Shown here: positions 27,030 through 39,000 of the stretch, piece by piece | How the letters are laid out: the number at the start of each line of letters is the position of its first letter | Numbering within the stretch: the stretch's first letter is position 1 | Origin: Octopus sinensis | Taxonomy: Eukaryota | Assembly (NCBI RefSeq): GCF_006345805.1 | Contig: NC_043001.1 | Coordinates: 16,244,001 to 16,308,000, forward strand | Reading direction: 5' to 3' | DNA: 64,000 nt | The notes under the pieces: model-generated | The model's input: the letters and a program-made list of their open reading frames with translations, nothing else | Told to the model about the DNA's origin: nothing | Databases searched by the model: none | Program-made: the position numbers and the translations under genes

Positions 27030-30000
27030 TAATAATAATAATAATAATAGATGCAGTACCAGGCAGTGGCTCTCATGGCTTCTGATCTTAACTGATTGGA
27101 AGTGTTATCATGTACATTGTTTTGTCTTGGTATAAAAGATGGGCTACAGCAAATATTCTGCTCAATACCACAGATTTGCTTGTCAGTTGTTTGACCTTAA
27201 CCAGTTGAGCATGTCCCTTAGTGGCTGACGATATGTGCATCTCTGATCACGAGCAGAAGTAGTGGGGGAGCATCATAGCCATGTGTTGAGAGGGATGCTT
27301 TGGGGTTTGAATAGTTCACCTCTGGAAACATGGGTGGTTCTTTCAACTCCTTAAACAACCCTTATCGGGGACCGTTTGAGCGGGATGGGCTACTCAACCT
27401 GAAGAAAATTCAAACTGGGCCCCACCTGCAAGGTCATGTGCTGTTTATCTTGATATGAGATCACCATGTCGCGCACATATGGTTGTGATGCATGTGCCTG
27501 GTGTACCTTTATCAGACGGGTAGTCATGATGGGTATACTGGGCTTCGTATATTTTACCCCAGTGTCACTTTGATGGCATGAACTGCTCTCTCACTCAATA
27601 ATAATAATAATAATAAATAATAATAATAATGCCCTGATGCAGTACCAAGCAGTGGCTCTCATGGCTTCTGATTTTAACTGATTGGTAGTGTTATCATGTA
27701 CATTGTTTTGTCTCGGTATTAAAGATGGGCTACAGCAAATATTCTGCTCAATACCACAGATTTGCTTGTCAGTTGTTTGACCGTAACCAGCTGACCATGT
27801 CCCTTAGTGGCTGACGATATGTGCATCTCTGATCACGAGCAGAAGTAGTGGGGGAGCATCATAGCCGTGTGTTGAGAGGGATTCTTTGGGGTTTGGATAA
27901 TTCACCTTTGGAAACATGAATGTTTTGTTCAACTTCCTTAAGCGACCCTTATTCAGAGATCCTTTGAGCGGGATGGGCTACATGATCTGAAGAAAATTCT
28001 AACTGGGCCCCACTTGCAAGGTCATGCGCTATTTATCTTAATATGAGATCACAATGTTGCGCACACAAGTGTACCCTTATCAGACAAGTAGTCATGATGG
28101 GTATACTGGGCTTTGTATATTTTACCCCAGTGTCACTTCGGTGCCATGCTTTGCTCTCTAACTCAATAATAATAATAAGAAGAAGAAGAAATAATAATAA
28201 TAATTCTTTCTACTGGAGGCACAAGGGCTCATATTTATTTATCCAAAAGTGTAGTGGGTGCTTTTTACATGCCACCAGCACAGGGGCCAGTCAGGTGGCA
28301 CTGGCATTGACCATGCTTGAATGGTGCTTTTTATGTGCCACCAGCACAGGGGCCAGTCAGGTGGCACTGGCATTGACCATGCTTGAATGGTGCTTTTTAT
28401 GTGCCGCCAGCACAGGGGCCAGTCAGGTGGCACTGGCATTGACCATGTTTGAATGGTGCTTTTTACGTGCCACCAGCACAGGGGCCAGTCAGGTGGCACT
28501 GGCATTGACCATGCTTGAATGGTGCTTTTTATGTGCCAACAGCACAGGGGCCAGTCAGGTGGCACTGGCATTGACCATGCTTGAATGGTGCTTTTTATGT
28601 GCCAACAGCACAGGGGCCAGTCAGGTGGCACTGGCATTGACCATGCTTGAATGGTGCTTTTTATGTGCCGCCAGCACAGGGGCCAGTCAGGTGGCACTGG
28701 CATTGACCATGCTTGAATGGTGCTTTTTATGTGCACCAGCACAGGGGCCAGTCAGGTGGCACTGGCATTGACCATGCTTGAATGGTGCTTTTTTGTGCCA
28801 CCAGCACAGGGGCCAGTCAGGTGGCACTGGCATTGACCATGCTTGAATGGTGCTTTTTATGTGCCAACAGCACAGGGGCCAGTCAGGTGGCACTGGCATT
28901 GACCATGTTTGAATGGTGCTTTTTACGTGCCACCAGCACAGGGGCCAGTCAGGTGGCACTGGCATTGACCATGCTTGAATGGTGCTTTTTATGTGCCGCC
29001 AGCACAGGGGCCAGTCAGGTGGCACTGGCATTGACCATGTTTGAATGGTGCTTTTTATGTGCCACCAGCACAGGGGCCAGTCAGGTGGCACTGGCATTGA
29101 CCATGCTTGAATGGTGCTTTTTATGTGCCGCCAGCACAGGGGCCAGTCAGGTGGCACTGGCATTGACCATGTTTGAATGGTGCTTTTTACGTGCCACCAG
29201 CACAGGGGCCAGTCAGGTGGCACTGGCATTGACCATGCTTGAATGGTGCTTTTTATGTGCCGCCAGCACAGGGGCCAGTCAGGTGACACTGGCATTGACC
29301 ATGCTTGAATGGTGCTTTTTATTGCCGCCAGCACAGGGGCCAGTCAGGTGGCACTGGCATTGACCATGCTTGAATGGTGCTTTTTATGTGCTGCCAGCAC
29401 AGGGGCCAGTCAGGTGGCACTGGCATTGACCATGCTTGAATGGTGCTTTTTATGTGCTGCCAGCACAGGGGCCAGTCAGGTGGCACTGGCATTGACCATG
29501 CTTGAATGGTGCTTTTTATGTGCCACCAGCACAGGGGCCAGTCAGGTGGCACTGGCATTGACCATGCTTGAATGGTGCTTTTTATGTGCCGCCAGCACAG
29601 GGGCCAGTCAGGTGGCACTGGCATTGACCATGCTTGAATGGTGCTTTTTATGTGCCACCAGCACAGGGGCCAGTCAGGTGGCACTGGCATTGACCATGTT
29701 TGAATGGTGCTTTTTATGTGCCGCCAGCACAGGGGCCAGTCAGGTGGCACTGGCATTGACCATGTTTGAATGGTGCTTTTTATGTGCCGCCAGCACAGGG
29801 GCCAGTCAGGTGGCACTGGCATTGACCATGCTTGAATGGTGCTTTTTATGTGCCGCCAGCACAGGGGCAGTCAGGTGGCACTGGCATTGACCATGTTTGA
29901 ATGGTGCTTTTTATGTGCCGCCAGCACAGGGGCCAGTCAGGTGGCACTGGCATTGACCATGTTTGAATGGTGCTTTTTATGTGCCGCCAGCACAGGGGCC

Positions 30001-33000
30001 AGTCGGTGGCACTGGCATTGATTGACCATGCTTGAATGGTGCTTTTTATGTGCCGCCAGCACAGGGGCCAGTCAGGTGGCACTGGCATTGACCATGTTTG
30101 AATGGTGCTTTTTATGTGCCCGCACACAGGGGCCAGTCAGGTGGCACTGGCATTGACCATGCTTGAATGGTGCTTTTTACGTGCCACCAGCACAGGGGCC
30201 AGTCAAGTGGCACTGGCATTGACCATGTTTGAATGGTGCTTTTTACGTGCCACCAGCACAGGGGCCAGTCAGGTGGCACTGGCATTGACCATGCTTGAAT
30301 GGTGCTTTTTATGTGCCGCCAGCACAGGGGCCAGTCAGGTGGCACTGGCATTGACCATGCTTGAATGGTGCTTTTTATGTGCCGCCAGCACAGGGGCCAG
30401 TCACGTGGCACTGGTATTGACCATGCTTGAATGGTGCTTTTTATGTGCTGCCAGCACAGGGGCCAGTCAGGTGGCACTGGCATTGACCATGCTTGAATGG
30501 TGCTTTTTATGTGCCGCCAGCACAGGGGCCAGTCAGGTGACACTGGCATTGACCATGCTTGAATGGTGCTTTTTATGTGCCGCCAGCACAGGGGCCAGTC
30601 AGGTGACACTGGCATTGACCATGCTTGAATGGTGCTTTTTATGTGCTGCCAGCACAGGGGCCAGTCAGGTGGCACTGGCATTGACCATGCTTGAATGGTG
30701 CTTTTTACGTGCCACCAGCACAGGGGCCAGTCAGGTGGCACTGGCATTGACCATGCTTGAATGGTGCTTTTTACGTGCCACCAGCACAGGGGCCAGTCAG
30801 GTGGCACTGGCATTGACCATGCTTGAATGGTGCTTTTTACGTGCCACCAGCACAGGGGCCAGTCAGGTGGCACTGGCATTGACCATGCTTGAATGGTGCT
30901 TTTTACGTGCCAGCAGCACAGGGGCCAGTCAGGTGGCACTGGCATTGACCATGCTTGAATGGTGCTTTTTACGTGCCAGCAGCACAGGGGCCAGTCAGGT
31001 GGCACTGGCATTGACCATGCTTGAATGGTGCTTTTTACGTGCCCACACAGGGGCCAGTCAGGTGGCACTGGCATTGACCATGCTTGAATGGTGCTTTTAC
31101 GTGCCAGCAGCACAGGGGCCAGTCAGGTGGCACTGGCATTGACCATGCTTGAATGGTGCTTTTTACGTGCCACCAGCACAGGGGCCAGTCAGGTGGCACT
31201 GGCATTGACCATGCTTGAATGGTGCTTTTTACGTGCCAGCAGCACAGGGGCCAGTCAGGTGGCACTGGCATTGACCATGCTTGAATGGTGCTTTTTATGT
31301 GCCGCCAGCACAGGGGCCAGTCAGGTGGCACTGGCATTGACCATGCTTGAATGGTGCTTTTTACGTGCCACCAGCACAGGGGCCAGTCAGGTGGCACTGG
31401 CATTGACCATGCTTGAATGGTGCTTTTTATGTGCCAGCAGCACAGGGGCCAGTCAGGTGGCACTGGCATTGACATGCTTGAATGGTGCTTTTTACGTGCC
31501 AGCAGCACAGGGGCCAGTCAGGTGGCACTGGCATGACCATGCTTGAATGGTGCTTTTTACGTGCCAGCAGCACAGGGGCCAGTCAGGTGGCACTGGCATT
31601 GACCATGCTTGAATGGTGCTTTTTACGTGCCAGCAGCACAGGGGCCAGTCAGGTGGCACTGGCATTGACCATGCTTGAATGGTGCTTTTTACGTGCCAGC
31701 AGCACAGGGGCCAGTCAGGTGGCACTGGCATTGACCATGCTTGAATGGTGCTTTTTACGTGCCACCAGCACAGGGGCCAGTCAGGTGGCACTGGCATTGA
31801 CCATGCTTGAATGGTGCTTTTTACGTGCCAGCACACAGGGGCCAGTCAGGTGGCACTGGCATTGACCATGCTTGAATGGTGCTTTTTATGTGCCGCCAGC
31901 AAGGGGCCCAGTCAGGTGGCACTGGCATTGACCATGCTTGAATGGTGCTTTTTACGTGCCAGCAGCACAGGGGCCAGTCAGGTGGCACTGGCATTGACCA
32001 TGCTTGAATGGTGCTTTTTACGTGCCACCAGCACAGGGGCCAGTCAGGTGGCACTGGCATTGACCATGCTTGAATGGTGCTTTTTACGTGCCAGCAGCAC
32101 AGGGGCCAGTCAGGTGGCACTGGCATTGACCATGCTTGAATGGTGCTTTTTACGTGCCAGCAGCACAGGGGCCAGTCAGGTGGCACTGGCATTGACCATG
32201 CTGAATGGTGCTTTTTACGTGCCACCAGCACAGGGGCCAGTCAGGTGGCACTGGCATTGACCATGCTTGAATGGTGCTTTTACGTGCCAGCAGCACAGGG
32301 GCCAGTCAGGTGGCACTGGCATTGACCATGCTTGAATGGTGCTTTTACGTGCCAGCAGCACAGGGGCCAGTCAGGTGGCACTGGCATTGACCATGCTTGA
32401 ATGGTGCTTTTATACGTGCCACCAGCACAGGGGCCAGTCAGGTGGCACTGGCATTGACCATGCTTGAATGGTGCTTTTTACGTGCCAGCAGCACAGGGGT
32501 CAGTCAGGTGGCACTGGCATTGACCATGCTTGAATGGTGCTTTTACGTGCCAGCAGCACAGGGGCCAGTCAGGTGGCACTGGCATTGACCATGCTTGAAT
32601 GGTGCTTTTTACGTGCCACCAGCACAGGGGCCAGTCAGGTGGCACTGGCATTGACCATGCTTGAATGGTGCTTTTTACGTGCCAGCAGCACAGGGGCCAG
32701 TCAGGTGGCACTGGCATTGACCATGTTTGAATGGTGCTTTTTATGTGCCACCAGCACAGGGGCCAGTCAGGTGGCACTGGCATTGACCATGCTTGAATGG
32801 TGCTTTTTACGTGCCAGCAGCACAGGGGCCAGTCAGGTGCACTGGCATTGACCATGCTTGAATGGTGCTTTTTATGTGCCGCCAGCACAGGGGCCAGTCA
32901 GGTGGCACTGGCATTGACCATGCTTGAATGGTGCTTTTTACGTGCTGCCAGCACAGGGGCCAGTCAGGTGGCACTGGCATTGACCATGTTTGAATGGTGC

Positions 33001-36000
33001 TTTTTATGTGCCACCAGCACAGGGGCCAGTCAGGTGGCACTGGCATTGACCATGCTTGAATGGTGCTTTTTACGTGCCAGCAGCACAGGGGCCAGTCAGG
33101 TGGCACTGGCATTGACCATGCTTGAATGGTGCTTTTTACGTGCCAGCAGCACAGGGGCCAGTCAGGTGGCACTGCATTGACCATGCTTGAATGGTGCTTT
33201 TTATGTGCCGCCAGCACAGGGGCCAGTCAGGTGGCACTGGCATTGACCATGCTTGAATGGTGCTTTTTACGTGCTGCCAGCACAGGGGCCAGTCAGGTGG
33301 CACTGGCATTGACCATGTTTGAATGGTGCTTTTTATGTGCCACCAGCACAGGGGCCAGTCAGGTGGCACTGGCATTGACCATGCTTGAATGGTGCTTTTT
33401 ACGTGCCAGCAGCACAGGGGCCAGTCAGGTGGCACTGGCATTGACCATGCTTGAATGGTGCTTTTTATGTGCCACCAGCACAGGGGCCAGTCAGGTGGCA
33501 CTGGCATTGACCATGCTTGAATGGTGCTTTTTACGTGCCAGCAGCACAGGGGCCAGTCAGGTGGCACTGGCATTGACCATGCTTGAATGGTGCTTTTTAT
33601 GAGCCAGCAGCACAGGGGCCAGTCAGGTGGCACTGGCATTGACCATGCTTGAATGGTGCTTTTTACGTGCCAGCAGCACAGGGGCCAGTCAGGTGGCACT
33701 GGCATTGACCATGCTTGAATGGTGCTTTTTATGTGCCGCCAGCACAGGGGCCAGTCAGGTGGCACTGGCATTGACCATGCTTGAATGGTGCTTTTTACGT
33801 GCCAGCAGCACAGGGGCCAGTCAGGTGGCACTGGCATTGACCATGCTTGAATGGTGCTTTTTACGTGCCAGCAGCACAGGGGCCAGTCAGGTGGCACTGG
33901 CATTGACCATGCTTGAATGGTGCTTTTTACGTGCCACCAGCACAGGGGCCAGTCAGGTGGCACTGGCATTGACCATGCTTGAATGGTGCTTTTTACGTGC
34001 CAGCAGCACAGGGGCCAGTCAGGTGGCACTGGCATTGACCATGCTTGAATGGTGCTTTTTATGAGCCAGCAGCACAGGGGCCAGTCAGGTGGCACTGGCA
34101 TTGACCATGTTTGAATGGTGCTTTTTATGTGCCGCAGCACAGGGGCAGTCAGGTGGCACTGGCATTGACCATGCTTGAATGGTGCTTTTTATGTGCCAGC
34201 AGCACAGGGGCCAGTCAGGTGGCACTGGCATTGACATGCTTGAATGGTGCTTTTTATGTGCCGCCAGCACAGGGGCCAGTCAGGTGACACTGGCATTGAC
34301 CATGCTTGAATGGTGCTTTTTATGTGCCGCCAGCACAGGGGCCAGTCAGGTGGCACTGGCATTGACCATGCTTGAATGGTGCTTTTTATGAGCCAGCAGC
34401 ACAGGGGCCAGTCAGGTGGCACTGGCATTGACCATGTTTGAATGGTGCTTTTTATGTGCCGCCAGCACAGGGGCCAGTCAGGTGGCACTGGCATTGACCA
34501 TGCTTGAATGGTGCTTTTTATGTGCCAGCAGCACAGGGGCCAGTCAGGTGGCACTGGCATTGACCATGCTTGAATGGTGCTTTTTATGTGCCGCCAGCAC
34601 AGGGGCCAGTCAGGTGACACTGGCATTGACCATGCTTGAATGGTGCTTTTTATGTGCCGCCAGCACAGGGGCCAGTCAGGTGGCACTGGCATTGACCATG
34701 CTTGAATGGTGCTTTTTATGTGCCGCCAGCACAGGGGCCAGTCAGGTGACACTGGCATTGACCATGCTTGAATGGTGCTTTTTATGTGCCGCCAGCACAG
34801 GGGCCAGTCAGGTGGCACTGGCATTGACCATGCTTGAATGGTGCTTTTTATGTGCCGCCAGCACAGGGGCCAGTCAGGTGACACTGGCATTGACCATGCT
34901 TGAATGGTGCTTTTTACGTGCCAGCAGCACAGGGGCCAGTCAGGTGGCACTGGCATTGACCATGTTTGAATGGTGCTTTTTATGTGCCAGCAGCACAGGG
35001 GTCAGTCAGGTGGCACTGGCATTGACCATGCTTGAATGGTGCTTTTTACGTGCCAGCAGCACAGGGGCCAGTCAGGTGGCACTGGCATTGACCATGCTTG
35101 AATGGTGCTTTTTACGTGCCAGCACAGGGGCCAGTCAGGTGGCACTGGCATTGACCATGCTTGAATGGTGCTTTTTACGTGCCAGCAGCACAGGGGCCAG
35201 TCAGGTGGCACTGGCATTGACCATGCTTGAATGGTGCTTTTTACGTGCCAGCACCACAGGGGCCAGTCAGGTGGCACTGGCATTGACCATGCTTGAATGG
35301 TGCTTTTTATGTGCCACCAGCACAGGGGTCAGTCAGGTGGCACTGGCATTGACCATGCTTGAATGGTGCTTTTTACGTGCCAGCAGCACAGGGGCCAGTC
35401 AGGTGGCACTGGCATTGACCATGCTTGAATGGTGCTTTTTACGTGCCAGCAGCACAGGGGCAGTCAGGTGGCACTGGCATTGACCATGCTTGAATGGTGC
35501 TTTTTACGTGCCAGCAGCACAGGGGCCAGTCAGGTGGCACTGGCATTGACCATGCTTGAATGGTGCTTTTTACGTGCCACCAGCACAGGGGCCAGTCAGG
35601 TGGCACTGGCATTGACCATGCTTGAATGGTGCTTTTTACGTGCCAGCAGCACAGGGGCCAGTCAGGTGGCACTGGCATTGACCATGCTTGAATGGTGCTT
35701 TTTACGTGCCAGCAGCACAGGGGCCAGTCAGGTGGCACTGGCATTGACCATGTTTGAATGGTGCTTTTTATGTGCCAGCAGCACACGGGCCAGTCAGGTG
35801 GCACTGGCATTGACCATGTTTGAATGGTGCTTTTTACGTGCCAGCAGCACAGGGGCCAGTCAGGTGGCACTGGCATTGACCATGCTTGAATGGTGCTTTT
35901 TACGTGCCAGCAGCACAGGGGCCAGTCAGGTGGCACTGGCATTGACCATGCTTGAATGGTGCTTTTTACGTGCCATCAGCACAGGGGCCAGTCAGGTGGC

Positions 36001-39000
36001 ACTGGCATTGACCATGCTTGAATGGTGCTTTTTACGTGCCAGCAGCACAGGGGCCAGTCAGGTGGCACTGGCATTGACCATGCTTGAATGGTGCTTTTTA
36101 CGTGCCAGCCAGCACAGGGCCAGTCAGGTGGCACTGGCATTGACCATGCTTGAATGGTGCTTTTTACGTGCCACCAGCACAGGGGCCAGTCAGGTGGCAC
36201 TGGCATTGACCATGCTTGAATGGTGCTTTTTACGTGCCAGCAGCACAGGGGCCAGTCAGGTGGCACTGGCATTGACCATGTTTGAATGGTGCTTTTTACG
36301 TGCCACCAGCACAGGGGCCAGTCAGGTGGCACTGGCATTGACCATGCTTGAATGGTGCTTTTTACGTGCCAGCAGCACAGGGGCCAGTCAGGTGGCACTG
36401 GCATTGACCATGCTTGAATGGTGCTTTTTATGCCAGCAGCACAGGGGCCAGTCAGGTGGCACTGGCATTGACCATGCTTGAATGGTGCTTTTTACGTGCC
36501 ACCAGCACAGGGGCCAGTCAGGTGGCACTGGCATTGACCATGCTTGAATGGTGCTTTTTACGTGCCAGCAGCACAGGGGCCAGTCAGGTGGCACTGGCAT
36601 TGACCATGTTGAATGGTGCTTTTTACTTTTCGTGCCAGCCAGCACAGGGGCCAGTCAGGTGGCACTGGCATTGACCATGCTTGAATGGTGCTTTTTACGT
36701 GCCAGCAGCACAGGGGCCAGTCAGGTGGCACTGGCATTGACCATGCTTGAATGGTGCTTTTTACGTGCCACCAGCACAGGGGCCAGTCAGGTGGCACTGG
36801 CATTGACCATGCTTGAATGGTGCTTTTTACGTGCCAGCACACAGGGGCCAGTCAGGTGGCACTGGCATTGACCATGTTTGAATGGTGCTTTTTACGTGCC
36901 AGCAGCACAGGGGCCAGTCACGTGGCACTGGCATTGACCATGCTTGAATGGTGCTTTTTACGTGCCACCAGCACAGGGGCCAGTCAGGTGGCACTGGCAT
37001 TGACCATGCTTGAATGGTGCTTTTTACGTGCCACCAGCACAGGGGCCAGTCAGGTGGCACTGGCATTGACCATGCTTGAATGGTGCTTTTTACGTGCCAC
37101 CAGCACAGGGGCCAGTCAGGTGGCACTGGCATTGACCATGCTTGAATGGTGCTTTTTATGTGCCACCAGCACAGGGGCCAGTCAGGTGGCACTGGCATTG
37201 ACCATGCTTGAATGGTGCTTTTTACGTGCCACCAGCACAGGGGCCAGTCAGGTGGCACTGGCATTGACCATGTTTGAATGGTGCTTTTTACGTGCCACCA
37301 GCACAGGGGCCAGTCAGGTGGCACTGGCATTGACCATGCTTGAATGGTGCTTTTTACGTGCCAGCAGCACAGGGGCCAGTCAGGTGGCACTGGCATTGAC
37401 CATGCTTGAATGGTGCTTTTTACGTGCCACCAGCACAGGGGCCAGTCAGGTGGCACTGGCATTGACCATGCTTGAATGGTGCTTTTTACGTGCCAGCAGC
37501 ACAGGGGCCAGTCAGGTGGCACTGGCATTGACCATGCTTGAATGGTGCTTTTTATGTGCCACCAGCACAGGGGCCAGTCAGGTGGCACTGGCATTGACCA
37601 TGCTTGAATGGTGCTTTTTACGTGCCACCAGCACAGGGGCCAGTCAGGTGGCACTGGCATTGACCATGCTTGAATGGTGCTTTTTACGTGCCAGCAGCAC
37701 AGGGGCCAGTCAGGTGGCACTGGCATTGACCATGCTTGAATGGTGCTTTTTATGTGCCGCCAGCACAGGGCCAGTCAGGTGGCACTGGCATTGACCATGC
37801 TTGAATGGTGCTTTTTATGTGCCAGCAGCACAGGGGCCAGTCAGGTGGCACTGGCATTGACCATGCTTGAATGGTGCTTTTTACGTGCCACCAGCACAGG
37901 GGCCAGTCAGGTGGCACTGGCATTGACCATGTTTGAATGGTGCTTTTTATGAGCCAGCAGCACAGGGCCAGTCAGGTGGCACTGGCATTGACCATGTTTG
38001 AATGGTGCTTTTTATGTGCCGCCAGCACAGGGGCCAGTCAGGTGGCACTGGCATTGACCATGCTTGAATGGTGCTTTTTATGTGCCAGCAGCACAGGGGC
38101 CAGTCAGGTGGCACTGGCATTGACCATGCTTGAATGGTGCTTTTTATGTGCCGCCAGCACAGGGGCCAGTCAGGTGGCACTGGCATTGACCATGCTTGAA
38201 TGGTGCTTTTTATGTGCCAGCAGCACAGGGGCCAGTCAGGTGGCACTGGCATTGACCATGTTTGAATGGTGCTTTTTATGTGCCAGCAGCACAGGGGTCA
38301 GTCAGGTGGAACTGGCATTGACCATGCTTGAATGGTGCTTTTTACGTGCCAGCAGCACAGGGGCCAGTCAGGTGGCACTGGCATTGACCATGTTTGAATG
38401 GTGCTTTTTATGTGCCAGCAGCACAGGGGCCAGTCAGGTGGCACTGGCATTGACCATGCTTGAATGGTGCTTTTTATGTGCCAGCAGCACAGGGGCCAGT
38501 CAGGTGGCACTGGCATTGACCATGTTTGAATGGTGCTTTTTATGTGCCAGCAGCACAGGGGCCAGTCAGGTGGCACTGGCATTGACCATGCTTGAATGGT
38601 GCTTTTTATGTGCCAGCAGCACAGGGGCCAGTCAGGTGGCACTGGCATTGACCATGCTTGAATGGTGCTTTTTATGTGCCAGCAGCACAGGGGCCAGTCA
38701 GGTGGCACTGGCATTGACCATGCTTGAATGGTGCTTTTTATGTGCCAGCAGCACAGGGGCCAGTCAGGTGGCACTGGCATTGACCATGCTTGAATGGTGC
38801 TTTTTATGTGCCACCAGCACAGGGGCCAGTCAGGTGGCACTGGCATTGACCATGCTTGAATGGTGCTTTTTACGTGCCAGCAGCACAGGGGCCAGTCAGG
38901 TGGCACTGGCATTGACCATGCTTGAATGGTGCTTTTTATGTGCCGCCAGCACAGGGGCCAGTCAGGTGGCACTGGCATTGACCATGCTTGAATGGTGCTT

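Noticed and set aside
26687-27076. Poly-Ile/Tyr and similar low-complexity ORFs (also the IYLS-type ORFs at 17.8-18.5 and 57.2-57.6 kb)
   Set aside because: These are translations of (AAT)n and (GATA)n microsatellites.
28255-28400. Hammerhead encoded by the 66-bp monomer (as in newt or schistosome satellites)
   Set aside because: Neither strand contains CUGANGA plus GAAA.
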